64,000 nt of DNA from Somniosus microcephalus (taxonomy: Eukaryota). Location: assembly GCA_052327205.1 (NCBI GenBank), contig CM126209.1, forward strand, positions 258,230,001-258,294,000, given 5' to 3'. The notes under the pieces are model-generated. The model worked only from the letters and a program-made list of their open reading frames with translations. It had not been told where the DNA came from and did no database searches. This document shows, in pieces, positions 49,793 through 61,819 of the stretch (positions are counted from its first letter, which is position 1; every line of letters starts with the position of its first letter). Position numbers and translations under genes: made by a program.

Positions 49793-51010
49793 ATAGAAAC
49801 ATAGAAACATAGAAGATAGGAGCAGGAGTAGGCCATTCAGCCCCTCGAGCCTGCTCCGCCATTCAATGAGATCATGGCTGATCATCCAAATTCAGTACCC
49901 TGTCCCTGCCTTCTCCCCATATCCCTTGATCCCGTTAGCCTTAAGAAATATATCTAACTCCTTCTTGAATATATTTAATGAATTGCCCTACACTGCCTTC
50001 TGTGGTAGAGAATTCCATAGGTTCACCACTCTCTGGGTGAAGAAATTCCTCCTAATTTCTGTCCTAAATGGCTTACCCCTTATCCTTAGACTGTAACCCC
50101 TGGTTCTGGACTCCCCGGCAATCGGGAACATCCTACCAGCATCTAATCTGTCTAGTCCTGTTAGAATTTTATAAGTTTCAATGAGATCCCCTCTCATTCT
50201 TCTAAACTCCAGCGAGTATAAGCCCAATCGACCCAATCTCTCCTCATACGTCATTCCTGCCATCCCAGGTATCAGTCTGGTGAATCTTCGCTGCACTTCC
50301 TCCATGGCAAGAACATCCTTCCTCAGATAAGGCGACCAAAACTGCACACAATACTCAAGATGTGGTCTCACCAAGGCCCTGTACAATTGCAGCAAGACAT
50401 CCTTGTTCCTGTACTCGAACCCTCTCGCTACAAAGGCCAACATACCATTTGCCTTCTTAACCGCCTACTGAACCTGCATGCTTATTTTCAGCAACTGGTG
50501 CACAAGGACACCCAGGTCTCGTTGCACTTCCCCTTCTCCCAATTTATTTCCGTTCAGATAATAATCTGCCTTCCTGTTTTTGCTACCAAAGTGGGTAACC
50601 ACGCATTTATCTACATTATATTGCATCTGCCATGCTTCTGCCCAATCACCCAACCTGTCCAAATCATACTGGAGTTTCTCGGCATCCTCCTCACAGCACA
50701 CCAGCCCACCCAGCTTTGTGTCGTCTGCAAACTTGGAGATATTACATTTAGTTCCCTCATCTAGATCATTAATATATATTGTGAATAGCTGGGGTCCAAG
50801 CACCGATCCCTGCGGTACCCCACTAGTCACTGCCTGCCACTCGGAAAAAGACCCATTTATTCCAACTCTTTGCTTCCTGTCTGCCAACCAGTTCTCTATC
50901 CAAGTCAATACCTTGCCCCCAATCCCATGTGCCTTAACTTTACACGCTAATCTCTTGTGCGGGTCCTTATCAAAAGCTTTCTTAAAGTCCAAATACACCA
51001 CATCCTCTGG
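49793..51010 (-). mobile_element. CR1 LINE 3' fragment, same subfamily, opposite orientation
   Basis: ORFs 50465..51181 (DVVYLDFKKAFD...FADD) and 49988..50443. Tail at 49793-49812. Confidence 0.9.
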
Positions 51011-52219
51011 AGCTGTTGTGTTATTACCAGTATAGTGCCTTACTTCTTTTTGTAATGTTGAAATTGCATTACTTATCATTAGGCCCCTAGGTGCTGTATT
51101 TATAGAATTCGGAAAAGTATCAACAGGTCTCAATGAATATTTCATTGGGACCATGTTGTGGTGAATCAGCCAAACCTTCAATCTCCTGTTCTAATTACCC
51201 ACTTTGAATTTAGCTGTGCAAACGTTGGATGGTAGTTTCAATGTTTGCTTAGTAAAATTCAAATCCAGGAGAGAAGATTGGCACATTGCATGAACACACT
51301 GGCCTATTTGCTCTCGTGCATGGGCTTCAGTTCCGCCCAGTGGCTGACATTATCATCTCTCTTTTTGCTGTCACTGGCCAGAAATATATAGGTATCAATC
51401 TCCTACCATATCTATAGAGCGCGATGGGGTGTGAGGGAGTGACTGGAGTTGAACGGTGGTCTCCCCTGCAGTCTTTCCAGACACAGGGATATATTTTCCA
51501 TGTGGGTACACATCTGGACAGAACTCCATTCACTGGTATCGAAATATTACTTAGAAGATATCTGACGTGCACACCGATTCCCTGTTGACACTAAAAAGAT
51601 TCAAAATTAATGTTTTAAAGGTATTTAACAGATCTAATGTAAGTTTTTCTGCAATTTGTGTGATGCCCAACAATACAACACGACCTGATTAAGTTAGGAT
51701 GACCTGAAACTCAGAAACCTACTGATATTAATTAATTGGAATGAACACGCTGACACCATGGCAACTAGTATGTAACCAACAGTTACAGTACCTGGCTAGA
51801 ACTCTTATTCTATTGCCAAGGAAAGGGCTTGCACAGTTTCTCGCAAGATAGTTAAATTTAAACGTTTAGAGAATGTGGGACAATTTCAAACTTCCTATAA
51901 GTTTAAATAAACACCATTTGGATTGGAAAGTGCCAACAGTATCATATGGGGCTCCAGCGTACTTGTGAAACCCGGGTTGACAATGCATTGGAGTTACATA
52001 AAAGCAAAAAGGAACATAAACACAACTTAGGAGATACCATTATATAGCAACGCGACAGGCGTGTTGCCTAGAAATAGAAATAGTGCAGGAAACTGAGAAT
52101 TCTGCCCTTAAGATATTACTTGCATCCTATTCATTTGAATGAGCTGGCTTTTCCTAAATGTATCTGTACACGCAAATCAAACCTGTGGGCATTTTCTTCC
52201 AATTTTAGAAGCACCTCAC

Positions 52220-54688
52220 CTCATTGCTCACATTGTTGCTGTAATTTTCAGAATTCATCATGCCTGGGTTTTCTTTCCCGATAGATACATTCCGGACATT
52301 GTTCTTGCCTGTAGATGATCTGCAGGTGTAGGGGGTGATAAAGTCTCTCTTTGTTGACTGCAATGTTGAACATGATTCATAGCGGAAACTCTGAGAAAGT
52401 GGATCACCCCCGAATACCTCAACATAGTTCGGTGGTATCTGAAGGTTTCTGCTGGCCTTCTGAATTCCATTTAGAGAATTTCTGCCTTCACAGCAGCGCC
52501 AAATACCCAGGGAACAGGGCTGTCCTCCCAAATCATTTCTGCTTTTTTGAATCTTAACAGCCAGGATAATCACAATCACTAGAAAAATGATAGAAATGAT
52601 CCCTAAGGCGATGACCAAGGAAAGGCTCATATCAGGATTGAATCCAGGGTCTTCAGGAAAATCACTCACATTAGAAAACATTTCAGTAGCGCTTCCCACC
52701 ACAGATAGGATGATAGTCACAGTGGCCGAAAGGGATGGTGTTCCATTGTCTCTTACCACAATCACCAATCTTTGCTTAGAGGCATCTTTATTCGCAATAC
52801 GACGGATAGTCCAAATTTCTCCAGTGTCTGGTGAAATAGTGTAAAGGTTATGATGGGTAGCCTGAAAAATCTGATAAGAAAGACGAGCATTCTGACCGGC
52901 GTCAGCATCAGTGGCCGATACCTTGGCAACCAAGTAGCCTGGTTCTGCAAGCCTGGATATTGTCTCTGTTGCTGTCGACCCATACTCGGGTAATGGGTGC
53001 ACGATCACTGGAACATTGTCATTCTGATCAAGGATAACAACATCCACTGAAACGTTGCTGGCGAGTGTTGGGACTCCAGAATCCTGGACCTGAACTTGGA
53101 TCTGAAAGTTTTTCAATTGCTCGTAGTCAAAAGATCTCTGAGCAAATATGACGCCACTCTCTGAGTTTATAGCGACATACCCGTCTACTGAGGCGCCCTG
53201 AACTTGAGTCTCCAGGATAGAGTAGTTCAGTCGAGCGTTCTGTCCTACATCTGGATCGAAGGCTGTCACTGAGAATATGGAAGTCCCAATGACGTTGTTC
53301 TCCATCACGTTTGCCGTGTATAAATGCTGCGTAAACCTTGGTGCGTTGTCATTTACATCCGAAACCTGTACCCGAATGGTTTTCTTGGATGTGAGAGGAG
53401 GGTTTCCCGCATCCCGGCATGTTATAATAACGTCATACCTGGCGGTATGTTCGCGGTCCAGTAGATGCTGAATCAGCAGTCTATAATAGTTCTTCAAAGA
53501 GGAATCTAATTTAAAGGGCCGATTATTTGATATTTGACATTGTACCTGCCCGTTTTGTCCCGAATCTTTGTCTGCTGCACTGAACAGAGCCACTACAGTC
53601 CCAGTTGCAGCATCTTCTGACACAATACTTGCCAAAGACGTCAACGTCACCTCAGGTGCGTTATCATTCACGTCAATAATGTTCACCAACACATCACAGT
53701 GCCCAGACATTGCGTTTAAACCCTTATCGATTGCTTGTATGTTAATCTCAAAAATATTGCTGTCTTCATAGTCCAAATTCCCTTTCACTCTGATTTCTCC
53801 AGTTATAGAATCTACATCAACTAGTTCACGGGCTGTAGCAGAAGTATAGCTACTGAGCGCGTATATTATCTCCCCATTGGGACCATCGTCCAAGTCAGTG
53901 GCGTTTACCATGATTATCAGGGTTCCTGTGGGTGCAGTTTCCAACAGGCTGACCCTATAAACCGACTGTGGGAAAAGAGGCGCGTTGTCATTTTCATCCT
54001 TTACTATGATTGTAACCTGAACAGTGCCCGATCTTACAGGGACCCCGCCGTCCTTGGCTATTAGCGTTAACCTGTGGGTAGATTCCGTTTCTCTATCCAA
54101 AGACCTCTGCAACACCAACACTGGCAGCTTTCCTTTCCCACTGCGCATTTGTACATCGAGAATACAATAATCGTTCGGGAGGAGCTGGTAGGTTTGTACT
54201 GAGTTGTTTCCAATGTCCGGATCGTGCGCGGACTCGAGGGGGAAGCGCGCTCCCGGCGCAGCAAGCTCGGAGATTTCAAGGCGGAGCTCGTCCTTTGGAA
54301 AACTGGGAGCATTGTCATTTACATCGAGAATCTCCACTTCGACCTGGTACAGATTGAGGGGATTTTCAAGCACAACATCCAAGGTTAACACACAAGTGAG
54401 GGTCGGTCCGCAAATCTGTTCTCTGTCAATTTTATCCTTGACAAATAAAATTCCATTGTCTAAATTTACGTCCACATACTGTTTGCTGGGCCCGGCCACA
54501 ATCCGCAAACTGCGAGCCGAGAGCTGCTTCACATCTAAACCCAAATCGGCAGCGATATTCCCAACAAAGGCGCCCAGTTGCAGTTCTTCAGGAATCGAAT
54601 AATGAATCCTCCCAGAAACGAGATCCCACGAGGAAAACACACAGAACAACAGTTGGCATTTCAGCAACCAATATATTTTAAATCTCAT
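52220..54688 (-). CDS. Clustered protocadherin variable exon V9 (823 codons)
   Basis: ORF 52205..54709, ATG 54688, donor GAG|GTGAGG at 52220/52219. Confidence 0.95.
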
Positions 54689-54884
54689 TTCAAGCGTGAA
54701 ACATCCCAATTGTTTCAGTATGTGTCTTCACCATTAATTATGCTTTGTACAGTTATTTTGATTTTTTAACTCGACGTACTACGATGTACCAAATACCTGC
54801 ACATTTTGCGAATCGCTCGGATTATTTCGATTAAATCTTCCCATTTTGTCTGAAATTGCCACTGGATTCTTGCACAACTCGTTC

Positions 54885-55090
54885 GGAGCTGCTCGCTATC
54901 CAATGTTACACTGCGTCTGATCTTACGTGTTGGTGGCTGGGTAGTGAAGGGGGCAGGCCGGATCGCCCGTCACATCTCAGCTTCTGATTGGTGAACAGAG
55001 GCACATTGAAATTCAACCAATCAGAATACCGTTCATTTCTTAAAGCTGGAAGGTCTCAAACCAGCGCAGATATTTATATTTTTTGTTGCA
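54885..55090 (-). promoter_or_regulatory. V9 promoter module
   Basis: CSE-like block at 54885-54917; inverted repeat arms at 54982-54992 and 55016-55026. Confidence 0.75.
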
Positions 55091-57694
55091 GAATTAAAAA
55101 TTGAATGAAGCATTTCCTTCAGTCTGTAGCTTTCTGTCTGTTGCGAAAAGTTAGCTCTAGAACTAAAATACAACGAATATGTTAATGGTAAGCTATGAGG
55201 AACCTGTATACAATAAATAAAAACATAAGAACGGAAGGAGCCAGCATAACACTTTGGGACATCAACACAGTTCCATTTATGATCCATATACGGTTATTCC
55301 TTCATGGTTTTCCAACTCCAAACTGCTGTTGATTCCTAATTAGGAAAGACTAAATCTTTTCTGCATCCTTCCATCAAGATCAATCAACAAAATTCAGATT
55401 TTTGTAATCCTCCACCTCTCTTCCAAACGGAAATCCAGCTAGCCATCTTAGTAAAGTATTATGTCACCAATAATAAACACCATACTCGGCGCCACACAAC
55501 CACTAACCTGTGAAAAAGATGTTTTCTGATCTCTAAGAGTGCTTCGTCATTGCGAATTTCATGCTTAACTCCCCTATTCTTACGATCAGGTCCAAGTTAA
55601 GTACTTTGTTATCTTCAATTTTATCTATAGCTTTCAATATTTTAAAGGCTTGCATGCGTAAACCCCACTATCTCCTTTTCTAAAGTTCAAATAAATGAAG
55701 TTATCTAAGCCGTTTGTCAAAACTTAATGCCATCATCCTGGTCACCCTTCAAACTCTTTCTAATGCAGGTATGATATTTTTGACCAACACTGCAGGCCAT
55801 ACTCCGGAACTGGCCGTAAACTTATTTGTGCAATTTCAGCAGAAGTTGTCAGGACTTGAAAACCAGTACTTTTCAGTTAATGCTCCATTCTCAATTTGTC
55901 ATATTACAACCTCTTTCCCATTAATTAGATGCTTTCAGTGTATAATCCACGATCACACCCATATCCTTTAAAAATAGTTTCCAGCCTATGCCAGTGGAGA
56001 TTTTTTCTTCTTTTGCACATGCTTGCTGATAATTGTTGATATATAGATGATCTTACTTTTATCCACATTAAAAACATATTTCAGTTTTCATCATTTGTAA
56101 ATGTCATTCTGCAAAAGATCATGTTTCTTCCACCTCACTACCTGCATTCACAGACCTTTGTGTCACCAGGAAAAGTAATAACACGACTACACCATGCCCA
56201 TATGATTTACAAACATCGTTAAAGGTAGAGATCCAGGAAAGAATCCTTGAAGAATATGCCAGGAAATAGTAACCACTGACTTCTGTCTTCTGGCACTAAG
56301 TCAATTCTCATTCCATCTAGATAATATGTCATCTATTCCATAAGCCTTAAACTCCTCTACCAGTCTAACGTTTGGACTGTTGTCACTTGTCCATTTCAAA
56401 TCTAAGTAAACTACATCTATTGATATAATCTAGCTTAGTTATCTCTCAAAGAACTTCACTATAGTGGAAAGGTGCAGCCTTTCATTTCTACAAGGATTTT
56501 AAGGATACCTGTGCTCCCTGGCTCTCATTTGGAGCATCCCGCAAATGGTTCTCAAGTGTCTTTCAACTTTGGATGTTAGGTAAACTGTTGTGTTATTACC
56601 AGTATAGTGTCTTGCTTCTTTTTGTAATGTTGAAATTGCATTACAACATTACAATGAATATTTCATTGGGACCATGTTGTGGTGATTCAGCCAAACCTTC
56701 AATCTCCTGTGCTAATTACCCACTTTGAAGTTAGCCATGCAAACACATTGGATGGTAGTTTCAATGTTTGCTTACTTAAACTCAAATCCAGGAGAGAAGA
56801 TTGGCACATTGCATTAACGCACAGGCCTTTTTGCTATCGTGCGTATGCTTCAATTCCGCCCAGACTAAGTGGCTGACATTTTATCATCTCTCTTTTTGCT
56901 GTTAGTGGCCAGAAATATAAAGTAACCAATCACCTACCATATCTATAGAGCGCGATGGGGTGTGAGGGAATGACTGGAGTTGGATAGTGGTCTCCCCTGC
57001 AGTCTTTCCAGACACAGGGATATATTTTCCATGTGGTTACACATCTGGACAGAACTGCATTCACTGGCATCTAAATATTACTTTGAAGAGAACTGACGAA
57101 CACACCGATTCCCTGTTGATACTACAAGATTCAAAATGAATATTTTAAAGATATTTAACAGATCTAAAGTAAGTTTTTCTGCAATTTGTGTGAAGCCCAA
57201 GAATACAAGAGGAGCTGATTAACTTAGGATGATCTGAAACTGAGAAACCAACTTATATTAATTAGTTGGAACTAACACACTCACACCATGGCAACTAGGA
57301 TGTAACCAACAGTTACAGTACCTGGCTAGAACTCTTATTCTACTCTCAATGAAAGGGCTTGCACAGTTACGTGTATGCTCAGAGTTTCTCTCAAGTTAGT
57401 TAAATTTAAACGTTTAGAGAGTGTGGGATAATGTCAAACTTCCTATATGCTTAAATAAACTCCATTTCGAGTTACATATAATCAAAAAGAAACATAAATA
57501 CATCCGAGGAGATACCATTATATAGCGAAGCGACAGCCATGTTGACTAGAAATAGAAATAGTGCAGAAAACTGAGAATTTTGTCCTTAAGATATTACTTG
57601 CATCCTATTCATTTGAATGAGCTGGCTTTTCCGAAATGTACCTGTACACCCAAATCAAACCTGTTGGGATCTTCTTCCAATTTTAGAACCTCAC

Positions 57695-60163
57695 CTCATT
57701 GCTCACAGTGTTGCTGTAATTTTCAGATTTCATCATGCCTGGGTTTTCTTTCCCGATTGATTCATTCTGGACATAGCGCATGTCTGTAGAGGACCTGCAG
57801 GTGTTGGGGTTGATGATGTCTCTCTTTGATGGCTGCAATGTTGAACATGACTCATAGCGGAAACTCTGAGAAAGTGGATCACCCCCGAATACCTCAACAT
57901 AGTTCGGTGGTATCTGAAGGTTTCTACTGGCCTTTTGAATTCCATTCAGAGAATGTCTGGTTTCAAAGCAGCAACAAACACCCAGGGAACAGTGCTGTCC
58001 TCCTAACCCATTTCTGCTTTTATGAACCTTAACAGCCAGGATAATTAAAATTACTAGAAAAGTTATAGAAATGATCCCTAAGGCGATGACCAAGGAAAAG
58101 CTCATATCAAGATTGAATCCAGGGTCTTCGGTCAAACTACTTACACTGGAGAAGGTTTCAGTGTTACTGTCTACCACAGATAATACTATAGTCACAGTGG
58201 CAGAAAGGGCTGGTGTTCCATTGTCTCTTACCACAATCACCAATCTTTGCTTAGAGGCATCTTTTTTCGCAATACGACGGATAGTCCAAATTTCACCAGT
58301 GTCTGTTGAAATAGTAAAAAGGTTATGATGGGTAGCCTGAAAAATCTGATAAGAAAGACGAGCATTCTGACCGGCGTCAGCATCAGTGGCCGATACCTTG
58401 GCAACCAAGTAGCCTGGTTCTGCAAGCCTGGATATTTTCTCTGTTGCTGTCGACCCATACTCGGGTAATGGCTGCACGATCACTGGAACATTGTCATTCT
58501 GATCAAGGATAATAACATCCACTGAAACGTTACTGGCGAGTGGTGGGACTCCAGAGTCCTGGACCTGAACTTGGATCTGAAAGATTTTCAATTGCTCGTA
58601 GTCAAAAGATCTCTGAGCAAATATGACGCCACTGTCTGAGTTTATAGCGACATAACTGGCTGCTGAGGCGCCCTGAACTTGAGCCTCCAGGATAGAGTAG
58701 TTCAGTCGAGCGTTCTGTCCTACATCTGGATCGACGGCTGTCACTGAGAATATGGAAGTCCCAATGACGTTGTTCTCCATCACGTTTGCCGTATATAAAT
58801 GCTGCGTAAACCTTGGTGCGTTGTCATTTATATCCGAAACCTCTACCCGAATGGTTTTCTTGGATGTGAGAGGAGGGTTTCCCGCATCGCGGCATGTTAT
58901 AGTAACGTCATACCTGGAGGTATGTTCGCGGTCCAGTAGATGCTGAATCAGCAGTCTATAATAGTTCTTCAAAGATGATTCGAGTTTAAAGGGCAGTTTA
59001 TCTGAAATTTGACATTGCACCTGCCCGTTTTGTCCCGAATCTTTGTCTGCTGCACTGAACAGAGCCACTACAGTCTCAAGCGAGGCATCTTCGGAAACTG
59101 TAATTGATGAAGACCTCAACATCACCTCAGGTGAATTATCATTCACATCAATAATATCCACCAACACATCACAGTGCTGGGGTATTGCGCCTGAACCTTT
59201 GTCCATTGCTTGTATGTTAATCTCAAAGACACTGCTTTCTTCATAGTCCAAATTCCCTTTCACTCTGATTTCACCATTTTTGGAATCAACTGCAAACATT
59301 TGACGGGCTCTAGCGGCAGTATGGCTACTGAGCGAGTACATTATCTCCCCATTGGAACCATCGTCCAAGTCAGTGGCGTTTAATGCGATTACCAGGGTTC
59401 CTGTGGGTGCAGTTTCCAACAGGCTGACCCTATAAATCGACTGGGAGAAAACAGGCGCGTTGTCATTTTCATCCTTTACTATGATTGTAACCTGAACAGT
59501 GCCGGATCTTACAGGGACACCGCCGTCCTTGGCTATTAGCGTTAGCCTGTGGGTAGATTCCGTTTCTCTGTCCAAGGTTCTCTGTAACACTAACACTGGC
59601 AACTTTCTTTCCCCGCTCCGCATTTGTACATCGAGAATAAAATAATCGTTCGGGAGGACCTGGTAGGTTTGTACTGAGTTGTTTCCAATGTCCGGATCGT
59701 GCGCGGACTCGAGAGGGAAGCGCGCTCCCGGCGCAGCAAGCTCGGAGATTTCAAGGCGGAGCTCGTCCTTTGGAAAACTGGGAGCATTGTCATTTACATC
59801 GAGAATCTCCACTTCAACCTGATACAGATTGAGGGGATTTTCAAGCACAGCATCCAAGGTTAACACACAAGTGAGGCTCGGCCCGCAAATCTGTTCTCTG
59901 TCAATTTTTCCCTTAACAAACAAAATTCCATCGTCTAAATTTACGTCCACATACTGTTTGCTGGAGCCGGGCACAATCTGCAAACTGCGAGCCGAGATTT
60001 GATTTACATCTAAACCCAAATCAGCGGCGATATTCCCAACAAAGGCGCCCAGTTGCAATTCTTCAGGAATCGAATAATGAATCTTCCCAGAAACTAGATT
60101 CCACGAGGAGAACACACAGAACACCAGTTGGCACTTCAGCAACCAATATATTTTAAATCTCAT
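57695..60163 (-). CDS. Clustered protocadherin variable exon V10 (823 codons)
   Basis: ORF 57683..60184, ATG 60163, donor GAG|GTGAGG at 57695/57694. Confidence 0.95.
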
Positions 60164-60360
60164 TTCCAGCGTAAAACATTCCAATTTGCTCAGTACGAGA
60201 CCGCACCATTGATGTTCCTTTTAAAAGTTAATTGGATATTTAAAAACAATCGGTTAGCGACGATGTACCAAATACCTGTATGCTTTGCGAATCGCTCGAA
60301 TGGTTTCATTTAAATCTGCTCATTTCGCCGAAGATTGCCAGTGTAATCGTGAACAAAACC

Positions 60361-60567
60361 TGCTGCCCGCTATCCAATGTTACACTGCGTCTGATCTTAC
60401 GTGATGGTGGCTGGGTAGTGAAGGGGGCAGGCCGGATCACCAGTCACATCTCAGCTTCTGATTGGTGAACAGAGGCACATTGAAATTCAGCCAATCAGAA
60501 TACCGTTCATTTCTTAAAGCTGGAAAGTCATAATCCTGAGCAGAAGACTCATTTATTGTTGCACAAT
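60361..60567 (-). promoter_or_regulatory. V10 promoter module
   Basis: Sense CGCAGTGTAACATTGGATAGCGGGCAGCA; arms at 60456-60466 and 60490-60500 (one mismatch). Confidence 0.75.
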
Positions 60568-61819
60568 TAAAATTGTATTAAGCCTTTTTACAGCTTTATG
60601 GATATTTCTGCCTGTTGGGAAAAATGTATCTCTAGAGCAGGATTACAATGAATAGTTTAAGATCAGATAAAAAGGAGGGAATATTTCGGGGGGTCAGCGG
60701 GCGTGTTTGGTGGCGGGGTCGGTTGGGAACCTGCTGTCAACCCACCGCCACTTTAGTTTCCCAAATGTTGGGTCTGTCATCGCTGAACAGACCCGACACC
60801 AAGCGGTGGGGGAGGCAATTTAGATGAGTATGAGCTCGTTAACAGGCACTTAAAATCTATTTTGAGCTCACATTTAAATTTTACCAGGTCGCCCACGGCT
60901 TCCCTGCTGCTTGGGGATCACGTCAGGTAAGCAGGCTGGGAGTTATGTCACCATGATACCATTTCAGTACTTGACAGCTGCAAATGTGCTACAAAAGCCC
61001 CCATCCCATAGTTGTTCACTTTCATAAGCTGAGAAACTGTTGCTTACTGCATTTGGAAGACAGATTGAACTTTATGCAGGTTGCAAGTGTTTGGATCAAA
61101 CTCTCTATCCAGTGTCACCTCATTGGAACAACCTCTCTCACCATTGACAGATCACTTCTGTCATTTCAACTTCACCTGCCATCAATTACATCAGCATCGG
61201 TGCCTTTGAAACTATCTGACATTGGTCCTCAGGATCCCACCACGATCAGTCCCAACACCAGCAGCACCAAGCACACCAGCAGCACCAACAACAACACCAA
61301 ACTTCTCTGCAATTAACTGACGCTGCACAGGACACAGGGCATCAGTACCTGATCACATTTCTGCCCGGGAGGCCAGGGACGCCCTTACCATGGCCACATT
61401 TACTTCACTTGACTCTGTACACCCTAGCTACCACATGATGCGTCAGGTTGGCACCATGCCACACCAACACCATAAAGCATCCCTACAATCCCCAAGGCAT
61501 TCTTTCCACACTCATCACCATTGCGGGGTACCGTTATGTCTCACCATTCATTGCAGCTCACTAAGCCGCATCCAAAAGTGCACACAAATCTGTCCAAGAA
61601 CGCAAAGTGTTGAAAATAGATATTTCAATTTTGACAGCACGTTAACAAAAATCCACACATGAACATTGGCTAAACACCCAACTGCCTACCGTTATGTCTT
61701 ATTAGTTGGTATGATTGGACTAGGATGAGAATGAGTGTGAGGGGAGTCTCGTGAGATGGGGAACTGATAATGTAGATATAGAGGGATAGGTGGCGGTGCA
61801 AGGTTAAGTTGATATGATT

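Noticed and set aside
50465-51181. Apparent fusion ORF of a novel N-terminus with reverse transcriptase
   Set aside because: It is a chance in-frame junction between spacer DNA and a truncated CR1 at the deletion breakpoint, and the RT frame is broken downstream.
285-54602. Recurrent plus-strand ORFs such as ...[10 protein letters not shown]...[18 protein letters not shown] and MSAALNRATTVP...
   Set aside because: They are antisense shadows of the conserved cadherin codons and recur only because the exons are paralogous. There is no independent coding evidence.
35033-55971. Repeated short spacer ORFs (MIFLTNTAGHTPELAV..., MKYSLRPVDTFPNS...)
   Set aside because: They come from the duplicated spacer and decayed LINE sequence. 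Starts, stops and lengths are not conserved between copies.
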